From: a virus
Strand: one strand, 5' to 3'
Length of the DNA: 64,000 nucleotides
Virus record (IMG/VR): IMGVR_UViG_3300012347_000193
Span: 32,001 to 96,000 of that record
The notes beneath the pieces were generated by a model. It searched no databases and was not told the origin of the DNA. It saw only the letters and a program-made list of their open reading frames with translations. Below are positions 7,559 to 17,122 of the stretch, in pieces. The stretch's first letter is position 1, and each line of letters begins with the position of its first letter. The translations under genes were made by a program, and so were the position numbers.

Positions 7559-10069
7559 ATGGGATCAGATGCATTAGGTAATTGGATTCCAGATGATGAC
7601 TCACGTAACGATGTTAGTACACCTACCATCGATGCGCAAATCGCCGAAACACAGACTCAACTTAATAAATTAAAAGAAAGCATTAGGATAGCTAAACAGA
7701 GTTTAGCAAATATCGATCCTAAGTACGAATCAAACAAAGCGTACATTGCTAAACTTAACACAACGATTGAAACTGACCAAAAAGCATATGATTCGCTAGA
7801 GGGAAAACTATCGTCCCTAAAAAAGCAAAAAGAAAATGCAACAAAGAAGCCAGCAGCAACAACTAACAAAAACAAACAAGCAGTTGCATCAGATGACGCA
7901 TTACAAAAAGAACAACCAGTAACCGGTGAAGTAAAGAAAAACACTAAGAATAGAACATGGAACCCATTGGGTAAATTTTCAAGCTACACATATAAACTTA
8001 GTTTGTATATGTTGTCAGGTGATGCGATAAGCAACCATAATAAAACCGGTGTCTGGAATACTAAGCAGATGGAATTAGTCGCACAAAGTGCAGGTGTCAA
8101 TGACAAAGTAGATAGCCCGAGAGCAGCCGGATTTGATTATGACTTCTATATTGACAACTTGCAGATAACTAATCAAATTGGCGCAGCCGCCGCTCAATTT
8201 TCAGGTACTACGACTGACGTTTTCTTTGAAATATATGAACCATATGGAATGACCTTCCCCTCAAGATTATTGAGTGCGGCTCAAGCAATTGATGCTAAAA
8301 GTAATAGTAAGATGGGTGCCGCTACTCAAATCGGAGAAGCAATGTCTCATTATTATTTGATAGTTATCCGCTTCTTTGGATATGACGAAAAGGGGGCAGT
8401 GGTAACTGCTTCAAAACCCACTGTAGGTGATAATGCTAAAACAGATAATCTTGGATCGTTTGAACGAGCTATACCTATTGGGATTACTGAATTTAAAACT
8501 AGATTAGATAATAAGATTGTCAAGTACCAAATTAAAGCGACACCGCATCCTGAACTCGCCGCGCTTAGTATGTTCACTGGTGTAGTTAATGAACAAGTTA
8601 ATATTGCAGGCGACTCTGTTAGTGATGTACTATCAACTGGCGTAACTAGTTTGCAATCTATATTAAACGAAAAAGAAGAAGCTCTAGTTAAGTCTGGTAA
8701 AAAGAAAATAGCAAACAAGTATAAGATTGTATTTGAAGAACTCTCTGGGATTGAGTCTGCTTTATTAGTAGACAAGAATCATTATGTACCTGGACAAACT
8801 CCTATCTCTGGTTTACCTGGACCGGTTAACGTGAGAGTCGCTGAAAGTGGTAAAGGTGCTACTGTTAGTAAACAAAAGAGAACTATACAAGTTCCGGCAC
8901 ATACTCCTATCCCTCAAATCATTGAACAAGTTATTAGTCAAAGCACGTTTATCTCAGATTGTCTATCTATCATTAACAAAGAAGAAACACAACCGGTAAC
9001 AGAAAACGCTAAAACGTTCTCAACAAACCCCTCTCCTCAAATATTCAATTGGTTTACGATTGTCCCGCAAATTACACTCTTAGGAAAAGACACTGATACT
9101 AAGACTGACGCTTTTGAAATCACATATTTCGTTGTGAAGAAATCTATGCCTTTTATCAGGTCACCGTATATACCTAAGACAGACTCTTATCCGGGTCCTC
9201 ATAAAATTTATAATTACTGGTATACTGGTCAGAACGAGGGAGTGCTCTCGTTAGAAATCTCATATAATAATTTATATGCTTCCACTGCATCATTGTTTAG
9301 TGATGGCTTTGTAAAAAACGAAGATACTGCTCCTGTGAGATTAGTAGCTGCTTCTAGTAGTGCCACACCAGGCGTCACTCCAGGTACATCAGAAGAAGTA
9401 GCATCATTCAAGTCTTGGTTATATGCGCCGGGTGACCAGCAAACTGCAAATATGAAAATATTAGGCGACCCTGACTTTTTATTCACAGCACAGTATGGTA
9501 CCTTTGATGAAATGACTAGTACCTCAGTATCTGATGAGGCTCCTATCAACCCACTAGATGGACAAGTATTCATTGAAGTTGACATGCGCTCCGTCAATGA
9601 CTATTCTAACAAAACGGGAGTTATGAAACCAGAAAAGAATCTAATCTTCTGGAACTACACCGAGAGTATGCAGAAACAAACTGAAGGTAGAATGCTCTAC
9701 ATGATTTCTACAGTTAAGAGTAAATTTGTTAGAGGACAATTCACTCAAGAATTTCCTGAAATGACTATCCCTAACGTTTCAGTAAACGGCGATAAAACTT
9801 CTCCAAACGGTGAAACTCAACGTGAAGGTAGTGCTACTGCTAAGTCTACACCGACACAAGCAGACGTTAGAAAAATTGATAATAAAACTGTTAAACCTAC
9901 ACAAGTCGCAGAAGATGATAATTCATATGACGCAATGGGAAATTATCAAGGAATACCGTCGTCTACTAGTTATGCATCAGACACTAAACGAGAAACACCG
10001 GTATCACGCGGGCGTGGGTCAACACGCACCTACGAGACAACAAACAAAACTAGAATTTTAGGTAAATAA
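7559..10069 (+). CDS. Baseplate hub protein, gp27-like
   Basis: Lies between the gp53-like and gp5-like genes. NPL..FSSYTY at the N-terminus; ILGDP and V.S.F..GQFTQ at the C-terminus. Confidence 0.6.
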   Translation: MGSDALGNWIPDDDSRNDVSTPTIDAQIAETQTQLNKLKESIRIAKQSLANIDPKYESNKAYIAKLNTTIETDQKAYDSLEGKLSSLKKQKENATKKPAATTNKNKQAVASDDALQKEQPVTGEVKKNTKNRTWNPLGKFSSYTYKLSLYMLSGDAISNHNKTGVWNTKQMELVAQSAGVNDKVDSPRAAGFDYDFYIDNLQITNQIGAAAAQFSGTTTDVFFEIYEPYGMTFPSRLLSAAQAIDAKSNSKMGAATQIGEAMSHYYLIVIRFFGYDEKGAVVTASKPTVGDNAKTDNLGSFERAIPIGITEFKTRLDNKIVKYQIKATPHPELAALSMFTGVVNEQVNIAGDSVSDVLSTGVTSLQSILNEKEEALVKSGKKKIANKYKIVFEELSGIESALLVDKNHYVPGQTPISGLPGPVNVRVAESGKGATVSKQKRTIQVPAHTPIPQIIEQVISQSTFISDCLSIINKEETQPVTENAKTFSTNPSPQIFNWFTIVPQITLLGKDTDTKTDAFEITYFVVKKSMPFIRSPYIPKTDSYPGPHKIYNYWYTGQNEGVLSLEISYNNLYASTASLFSDGFVKNEDTAPVRLVAASSSATPGVTPGTSEEVASFKSWLYAPGDQQTANMKILGDPDFLFTAQYGTFDEMTSTSVSDEAPINPLDGQVFIEVDMRSVNDYSNKTGVMKPEKNLIFWNYTESMQKQTEGRMLYMISTVKSKFVRGQFTQEFPEMTIPNVSVNGDKTSPNGETQREGSATAKSTPTQADVRKIDNKTVKPTQVAEDDNSYDAMGNYQGIPSSTSYASDTKRETPVSRGRGSTRTYETTNKTRILGK

Positions 10070-10071
10070 AC

Positions 10072-13000
10072 ATGGAAGATAATTTATCAGGCAAAGGCCC
10101 CGCAAGTGATTTTAGTGATAGCAAAGGTGGCGCTTCGTTATTAACTACTCCGGTTAAAGGTATTGTTAAAAACAATATTGACTCGACCCGCTCTGGGCGA
10201 ATTCAAGTTTTCATTAACAAATATAAAGGCAACAACCCGGATGATACTAACAGTTGGTTAAAGGTTGATTACCTAAGTCCCTTCTTTGGTTACACCCCTA
10301 ACACAGGCAGCCCCGACTCAAACGGCACGTATTCCGGTAACCCTAACAGCTATGGCTTCTGGGCAACACCCCCTGACATAGGTACGGAAGTACTATGTGT
10401 ATTCGAAAACGGTGATCCAAACTTTGGATACTACATTGGTAGCATTGTTAAACCCGGACTGAATCACATGGTTCCTGCAATAGGTTCTACTGATAAAATT
10501 ATTGCAAATGAAAGTGAAGCTGATGCATACGGCGGGGCAACTCGCTTACCTGCAGCAGAGTTCAACAACGCAAATGAATCACAAAGCGGCTCACCTGATT
10601 TATCTAATCAACCTAGACCAATACATAGCTACCAAGCAGCTATCTTAAATAAGCAAGGTTTGTTGCGTGATCCTGATAGAGGAACGATTGGATCAAGCAG
10701 TGTACGTGAAACTCCTAGTAGAGTATTCGGTATCAGTACACCAGGACGTCCTATCTATGGTGGCGGGTACGATGACATTTCTATTAAAGAAGCAGTAAAA
10801 GATACATCAGTACCGGATAGTAATTTTAAAGTAACCGGTCGCTTGGGTGGACATACGTTAGTAATGGATGACGGCGACTTACAAGGTCGAGACCAATTAC
10901 TTCGGTTGAGAACCGCTGCAGGTCATATGATTATGATGAACGATAGTGTAGGTGCAGTTTACATCGTTCATTCTAGTGGTCAAAGTTACATTGAGTTGGG
11001 TAAAGAAGGTACGATTGACATGTACTCAACCAACTCAGTCAACATACGCACACAGGGAGATTTAAACCTTCATGCAGACAACAACATGAACATTCATGTT
11101 GCAAAAGATTTAAGTATTCGTGCTGAAAATATCAAATTAGAAAGTACTAAAGAAACTTCTCAATTAGTTGGAACAAATTTAAAACAGCATGTTAAGGGCA
11201 ATCACACTGATAAAGTGGATGGTATGTTGTCTCTAGCATCTGCCGGCGACGGAAGTCTTAATGCCGGTGGCAATGCATTTATCAATGGTAAAAATGTAAA
11301 CTTAAACACAGGTGCAACATCACTTACTCCTGAAGTCGTATCTCCTCTAGTGTTAAACAAAATGAGTGACACATTGTATGATGAGAAAAAGGGGTATGCA
11401 TCAGCTCCCGGTAAACTCGAAAGTATTGCAAGCCGTGCCCCTGCGCACAGCCCATGGGAAGAAGCAGGCAAAGGCGTTGATGTTAAAGTTAATATGTCAG
11501 CATCAGCTAATTTACCTAGCGCACCTTCGCCGTCAGTGTCAGCAGCAAATGCAGCAGCTCCTGCATCTCCGGATGCATCTACAAGTCCTGCATTAACCGC
11601 AACTGTTCCGTCAGTTGCATCAGCTTCTCCGGCATTAGATAAAGCAACAACCGGAGCTATGGTGTCACAAATGGCAGTTAACGCAGCTACTGGACCAGCA
11701 GCCGATGCAGTGAAATCTGCGGCAGGTGTTGCAACAGTTGACGGAGTAAAAACTGCATCATTGGGCGCAATGGCAATGTCACCACAACAACTTGAAACTG
11801 CAGGGTATATTAAGCCCGGCGCAGGAGCCGCAATTGACGCAGCTATTCAAGGTGGTAAGAAACTAGAAGAAGCTATTCCGCCTAACATGATGACAGGTAA
11901 AGATGGCGTTAACACAGTATCAGATTTTGTAAAAAGTGTTTCAACTCAAACTAAAGCAGCTAGTGACTTGTTAGGCAAGGCATCTGACGGATTAAAGTCT
12001 GCTGGAATCATAACTGGTAAAGAAAGTCCTACTCAAACTGGTGGATTGATTATGGCAGCAGCTAGTGCAGGCGTCGGTGCAGTGGCTGGATTTATAAAGT
12101 CAGCGATGCCATCAACTGCTGGCATAACGTCAATTGCATCAGGCTTGGGATTAAATGCTTCTAAGATTCCTAATCCATTAGGAGGCGACATTGGTAAGCA
12201 GATTGCTAGTGGTAATTTTGCTAGCGGTCTTGCAGACAAAGCGTTGAGCGGCTTGGGAGGCTTAGGGGATAGTCTCAAGAGTGGATTAAACTCTGCAAAA
12301 GGAGCAGCGGCTGCGGCGTTTGATTCTGTAGTGTCTAAATTTAAATCATTTAAGGCAGGAGTCCCTATTAGTCTATCAGCAGAGAAGGCAAAAGTAGATG
12401 CAGAGAGTTCAGGATCGATGCTTGATTCTATCAAGTCTGGCGCCTCTGGTCTAATGAATAAAGCATCGTCAATGGCATCTGGTGCTGGATTAAAACTTCC
12501 AACATCGTTGACAAGTTTAACTTCAGGTCAAGGACTAAACTTAACTAGTGTTCTCAATGCTGCCAAATCATTGGGAGTACCTTCGAATATAACTGGTTCC
12601 ATCGCACTAGGTGGCTCACTGGTAAGTGGAGCTTCGTCACTATTAAGTAAAGTATCAGGCTCAAATCCATTATCATCTATGTCTACTGAATTGTCTGGTG
12701 GCAAACTAGCTGTACCTGGACTAAGTGAAATTGGTGATAAAGTCAAGGGATTAGCGAGTAACATTACGGGTGGTTCTGCATCTGATATCATGGGGAAAGC
12801 AAAGAGTTTACTAGGTGGTGGCGCAACACCGGACGGGCTAATGAAGATGGCTACTGCTGCCTTAGGCGGAGCATTGCCACCGGCTCTTAAAGGAGCATTA
12901 GGCTCGCTGGGCACAGGCGGCGGCATGGGAATTAAGTTGCCTACTATTTCAATCGGTGGCTTCGACTCTGGCGCTATCGCAGCACAAAGTAAAGCATTGT

Positions 13001-13233
13001 TGGGTGATCCTAAGATTCCTGCACTAAAATTTGGAGATGCTCCCCCTCTATTAGATTCTTCAGAGATGCTTAGAATATCAAGAGCTAGAACAGCAGCCTC
13101 GGATAAAGCACTTGCGGCTCAGGAAGTGTATGAAAAATCATTGGCTAAAACTGGTAGTAGAATTGATCCTGCTACATCGGCTGCGTTTGCAGAGTGGAAG
13201 CAAGCAATTGCTGATATAGACAAAGTAGCATAA
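10072..13233 (+). CDS. Baseplate central spike, gp5/VgrG-like, with a long Ala/Gly/Ser-rich C-terminal extension
   Basis: OB-fold motifs D..RSGRIQV and PPDIGTEVLCVF; GH...MDD / beta-helix repeats ending at GKNVNLN. Confidence 0.85.
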   Translation: MEDNLSGKGPASDFSDSKGGASLLTTPVKGIVKNNIDSTRSGRIQVFINKYKGNNPDDTNSWLKVDYLSPFFGYTPNTGSPDSNGTYSGNPNSYGFWATPPDIGTEVLCVFENGDPNFGYYIGSIVKPGLNHMVPAIGSTDKIIANESEADAYGGATRLPAAEFNNANESQSGSPDLSNQPRPIHSYQAAILNKQGLLRDPDRGTIGSSSVRETPSRVFGISTPGRPIYGGGYDDISIKEAVKDTSVPDSNFKVTGRLGGHTLVMDDGDLQGRDQLLRLRTAAGHMIMMNDSVGAVYIVHSSGQSYIELGKEGTIDMYSTNSVNIRTQGDLNLHADNNMNIHVAKDLSIRAENIKLESTKETSQLVGTNLKQHVKGNHTDKVDGMLSLASAGDGSLNAGGNAFINGKNVNLNTGATSLTPEVVSPLVLNKMSDTLYDEKKGYASAPGKLESIASRAPAHSPWEEAGKGVDVKVNMSASANLPSAPSPSVSAANAAAPASPDASTSPALTATVPSVASASPALDKATTGAMVSQMAVNAATGPAADAVKSAAGVATVDGVKTASLGAMAMSPQQLETAGYIKPGAGAAIDAAIQGGKKLEEAIPPNMMTGKDGVNTVSDFVKSVSTQTKAASDLLGKASDGLKSAGIITGKESPTQTGGLIMAAASAGVGAVAGFIKSAMPSTAGITSIASGLGLNASKIPNPLGGDIGKQIASGNFASGLADKALSGLGGLGDSLKSGLNSAKGAAAAAFDSVVSKFKSFKAGVPISLSAEKAKVDAESSGSMLDSIKSGASGLMNKASSMASGAGLKLPTSLTSLTSGQGLNLTSVLNAAKSLGVPSNITGSIALGGSLVSGASSLLSKVSGSNPLSSMSTELSGGKLAVPGLSEIGDKVKGLASNITGGSASDIMGKAKSLLGGGATPDGLMKMATAALGGALPPALKGALGSLGTGGGMGIKLPTISIGGFDSGAIAAQSKALLGDPKIPALKFGDAPPLLDSSEMLRISRARTAASDKALAAQEVYEKSLAKTGSRIDPATSAAFAEWKQAIADIDKVA

Positions 13234-13241
13234 GATAAATA
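13234..13241 (+). promoter_or_regulatory. Late promoter GATAAATA (leaderless start for the gp25-like gene)
   Basis: The octamer lies 5 nt before ATG 13247; no SD. Confidence 0.7.
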
Positions 13242-13246
13242 TTATT

Positions 13247-13702
13247 ATGGCAACATACATCGGCTTCAACTCTCAGTACACGGATAAAATCAAGACTCCA
13301 CAACAACCTCGCGGGATAGTTCCTATCGTAGGTTCAATGAAAACTCCTAACCAAGTTGGTAAGAAGTTTAGATTGACTGACGAACAATTAGTAATACAAG
13401 ACTTCATTAATGCGTTAAACATTAACTTGGGCGAGAAAGCTGGAAACCCTGCGTACGGAACCACTATCTGGGGTTTTATTTTCGAACCAAGTGACTTGGA
13501 AACTAAAGATAGACTTACGGAAGAACTCCGCAGAGTTGCCTCAGACGACCCTAGACTTACTTTGACGGATATCAACATGTACACCATGGATCACGCTGTC
13601 TTAGTAGAGATGCAAGTAACAGTAAATCCATATGATAACGCTATGGTATTACAAATCAAGTTCGACCAGGGAACTAACCAAGCCTACGCAAATAACCAAT
13701 AA
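13247..13702 (+). CDS. Baseplate wedge subunit, gp25-like
   Basis: GEK..NP.YGT.IW..IFEP...DPRL motif. Confidence 0.85.
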   Translation: MATYIGFNSQYTDKIKTPQQPRGIVPIVGSMKTPNQVGKKFRLTDEQLVIQDFINALNINLGEKAGNPAYGTTIWGFIFEPSDLETKDRLTEELRRVASDDPRLTLTDINMYTMDHAVLVEMQVTVNPYDNAMVLQIKFDQGTNQAYANNQ

Positions 13703-13720
13703 AACAGCACTTTTTTGTAT

Positions 13721-13728
13721 GATAAATA
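13721..13728 (+). promoter_or_regulatory. Late promoter GATAAATA
   Basis: Intergenic, upstream of the gp6-like gene. Confidence 0.7.
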
Positions 13729-13749
13729 CATAAAAGAGAGCATTTTAAC

Positions 13750-16700
13750 ATGGCTAACAGTTCAAGACAAACATCAATCTTCGGTATAAACGATTGGAAA
13801 TCAATCTATAAGAATTATAGTCAAGCTGACTTCCAAAGCTATGACTATGAAACTATTAGAAAATCGATGGTTGACTACCTTCGTGCTAATTACCCCGAGA
13901 CATTCAATGACTACACCGAGAGTTCTGAATACGTTGCGTTGCTTGACGTTATGGCATTCATGGGTCAAGGTCTTGCTTTCCGCAACGACTTGAACACCCG
14001 TGAAAACTTTATCGATACCGCTGAACGTAGAGATTCTGTCGTCAAACTAGCAAATTTAGTAGGATATACCCCTAAGCGTAACAACGCAGGTCAGGGATTC
14101 TTAAAGCTAATCGCACTCTCTACCTCAGAGCAAATTCGAGATATTAATAACTACCCACTGAACAACGTAACAGTATTGTGGAATGACCCAGCTAACGTCA
14201 ATTGGCAAGAGCAATTCAACTCAATTTTGAATGCAGCAATGATTGATGGTCAACGTGTTGGTCGTCCAGGACATTCAGCAAATCTATTAGATATTAAGAC
14301 AGATGAGTACAGCATAAGATTACCGGATGGTAAGCAACCTACTTTACCATTCAACTCAACCATTGACGGAATGAATATGTCTTTTGAGGCAGTCAGTGTT
14401 TCAAGTCTTGGTTCTACTAGACTTTACGAAATTCCTCCAGGGGATAGTCAACGATTCAACATGTTGTATCGTAATGACAAATTGGGTTACGGAAGTTCTA
14501 ACACAGGATTCTTTGTTTACTTTAAGCAAGGCACCCTACAGCAGTACCCTTTCTCAATCGAAACACAGATATCAAATCAACAAGTTGATGTAGACATTCA
14601 GGGCATCAATGATGAAGATACATGGCTGTATGCAATTGATTCTATTACTGGTGAATACACCGAATGGAAAAAAGTAGAAAGCATTTATGCAAGCTCGTCT
14701 CCTGAACGAAACAAACAAGTATTCAGTGTTGCGTCAAGATACAATGACCAAGTAACTTATAGCTTTGGAGACGGTGTGTTTTCTGATATGCCTATCGGTA
14801 ACTTCGTATCTTACGTTCGTTCAAGTAATTCGTTGACGTATGTAATTGATCCTAGCGAAATGCAAGGAACTACTGTTTCATTAAGTTATGTTAGTAAGAA
14901 CGGAAGAACCGAGACTCTTACAATGACGTTTGAATTACCATTACCAGTAGCAACTGCACAAGCACGTGAGTCTTTGGTGAATATCAAACAACGTGCTCCT
15001 CAACGTTACTACTCTCAAAACCGTATGGTTAACGGAGAAGACTATAACAACTTCCCCTTCACTCTGTACAGTTCAATTATTAAGAGCAAAGCTATCAACC
15101 GCTCAAGTGTAGGTGTTAGCCGTAACTATGACTTACTTGATCCTAGCGCAAAGTATTCAAGCACTAACGATTTTGCAGACGACGGTGGTTTATACTTAGA
15201 CAGAAATGATGATTTTGTAGTGTTTACTGCCAACACTACAAATGACGTTGTTAAATTCTTAACAGAGTCATTAGCTACTCTATTGGGTGGTCATCGTGCA
15301 TATCAATTCTATACACAAGCATACACACGCTTTTTAGTAGATGCAGATTCAGGTGACGGTACAACATACTGGAATCAGTCTTCATTCAATTCATCAAACA
15401 GTACAGGTTACTTTTATAATACGAGTGGCTCACCTATGCCAGTAGGATTGGTAACTTCAACTAATATCAAGTATTTTACTGAAGGAGCTATGGTTAAGTT
15501 CATTGCACCAGCAGGAAAATACTTCACTAAGAATAACAAATTGATATCAGGACTTCCTGGACCTAGCGACATAACAAGTATCTGGACTAGTGTGGCAAAG
15601 ATTGACGGAGAAGGTAACAACAACGGTTTAGGCAATCTAGCTTCCGGAGATGGACCTATTGCTTTGACAAATTTTATACCCGACGGTGCAGTTTTATCCA
15701 CTGTAATCCCATCGTTCACAAACGTGTTTAGCTCAGAGCTAATTCAAGAAATTGTTAATAAGATTCTGTTATCACAAAACTTCTCGTTAGTATTCAATAA
15801 TACATTACTAGCAAATCAAGAAAGATGGAGCACATCTACTTACGATTCTACTGAATATTTTGTTAGATTCAGAAGTTTGGGATATGGTAAATACGTTGTA
15901 TCATCTAGAGCAGTTGCTTTCTATTTTGGTAGTGTGTCAGATGTACGTTTTACATTTGACAGAGACAAGGTTATCTTCGATCCATCATCTGGGCAAGTAA
16001 TGCAAGATAGCATTACATTGTTAAAAACAAACGCACAACCAGGAACTAGTAACTACCCACTATCAACTGATATAAAATTAAATGTGAAGGGTCAGTCAAT
16101 GGAAGCCGACGGTTATGTTGACGACTTCAGTGTTGAAGTTAGTTCTGCTGATTTAGCTAGTCCAGGGACATACAAAGATCCTGACTTCTTTACCCAAGTT
16201 ACTGGATACCAGTTCAATACTAAAAATCTAACGCACTTTACTTTCTTTAAGATTGTGACAGACTCAAACCAACTTACTCGTGTTGAAATGGTTCCGTTGG
16301 GTGATGTTGTACAAAATTACGGAACACAAGCAGATATCGCAATTATTAAGTATGAGTACCCTGTTGGTCAAGTGTTCTATGCTGTTTTAGAAGACAAGTT
16401 CTACCAATCAGTAAATGACACGACTTCGGCAAATATTGTCAATCTTGAGTTACTATCAAACTATACAGTTAAGATAGGTCGTCAAGGTTTGTTCTTTCAA
16501 TACAAACATATTTCAAGCGAAACAACTAGAATTGATCCAGCAACCACTAACATTATTGACTTGTATTTGCTATCATCTTCATACAATACACAATATCAAA
16601 ATTGGTTACGTGACACAACTGGTTCAGTTGAAGAGCCAAAGAAGCCTACGCTTGCAGAGCTATCACAATCTTATAGCAAGATTAACGACTATAAAATGTT

Positions 16701-17106
16701 GACAGATAGTTTGGTATTAAATAGTGTAAGATTCAAACCGTTGTTTGGATCTAAAGCAGAACCAACATTACGTGCCACAATCAAAGTGATTAAATCAAGT
16801 TCCACCAATGCAAGCGATAGCGAGATCCGCTCTGCTATCCTTACTGAAATGAACAACTATTTCAATATAGATAACTGGGACTTTGGCGATAAATTTTACT
16901 TCAGTGAATTGAGTGCTTACCTACACTCATCGCTTGGTGATTTAATTAGTTCTGCGGTCTTGGTTCCCAACGACCCATCACTAGCATTTGGTGACTTGTA
17001 TGAAATTTCAAGCGCACCCTATGAGATTTTTGTAAACGCCGCACAGGCATCGGATATCGTTGTAATCTCTGCACTTACCCCGTCAGAACTACAACCAGCA
17101 GGTTAA
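13750..17106 (+). CDS. Baseplate wedge subunit, gp6-like
   Basis: DYETIRKSM...FNDY.ESS...ENFIDTAERRDSV..LA..VGY.P, FGDG and QNRMVNGEDY motifs. Confidence 0.9.
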   Translation: MANSSRQTSIFGINDWKSIYKNYSQADFQSYDYETIRKSMVDYLRANYPETFNDYTESSEYVALLDVMAFMGQGLAFRNDLNTRENFIDTAERRDSVVKLANLVGYTPKRNNAGQGFLKLIALSTSEQIRDINNYPLNNVTVLWNDPANVNWQEQFNSILNAAMIDGQRVGRPGHSANLLDIKTDEYSIRLPDGKQPTLPFNSTIDGMNMSFEAVSVSSLGSTRLYEIPPGDSQRFNMLYRNDKLGYGSSNTGFFVYFKQGTLQQYPFSIETQISNQQVDVDIQGINDEDTWLYAIDSITGEYTEWKKVESIYASSSPERNKQVFSVASRYNDQVTYSFGDGVFSDMPIGNFVSYVRSSNSLTYVIDPSEMQGTTVSLSYVSKNGRTETLTMTFELPLPVATAQARESLVNIKQRAPQRYYSQNRMVNGEDYNNFPFTLYSSIIKSKAINRSSVGVSRNYDLLDPSAKYSSTNDFADDGGLYLDRNDDFVVFTANTTNDVVKFLTESLATLLGGHRAYQFYTQAYTRFLVDADSGDGTTYWNQSSFNSSNSTGYFYNTSGSPMPVGLVTSTNIKYFTEGAMVKFIAPAGKYFTKNNKLISGLPGPSDITSIWTSVAKIDGEGNNNGLGNLASGDGPIALTNFIPDGAVLSTVIPSFTNVFSSELIQEIVNKILLSQNFSLVFNNTLLANQERWSTSTYDSTEYFVRFRSLGYGKYVVSSRAVAFYFGSVSDVRFTFDRDKVIFDPSSGQVMQDSITLLKTNAQPGTSNYPLSTDIKLNVKGQSMEADGYVDDFSVEVSSADLASPGTYKDPDFFTQVTGYQFNTKNLTHFTFFKIVTDSNQLTRVEMVPLGDVVQNYGTQADIAIIKYEYPVGQVFYAVLEDKFYQSVNDTTSANIVNLELLSNYTVKIGRQGLFFQYKHISSETTRIDPATTNIIDLYLLSSSYNTQYQNWLRDTTGSVEEPKKPTLAELSQSYSKINDYKMLTDSLVLNSVRFKPLFGSKAEPTLRATIKVIKSSSTNASDSEIRSAILTEMNNYFNIDNWDFGDKFYFSELSAYLHSSLGDLISSAVLVPNDPSLAFGDLYEISSAPYEIFVNAAQASDIVVISALTPSELQPAG

Positions 17107-17122
17107 TATATAGGTATAACTA

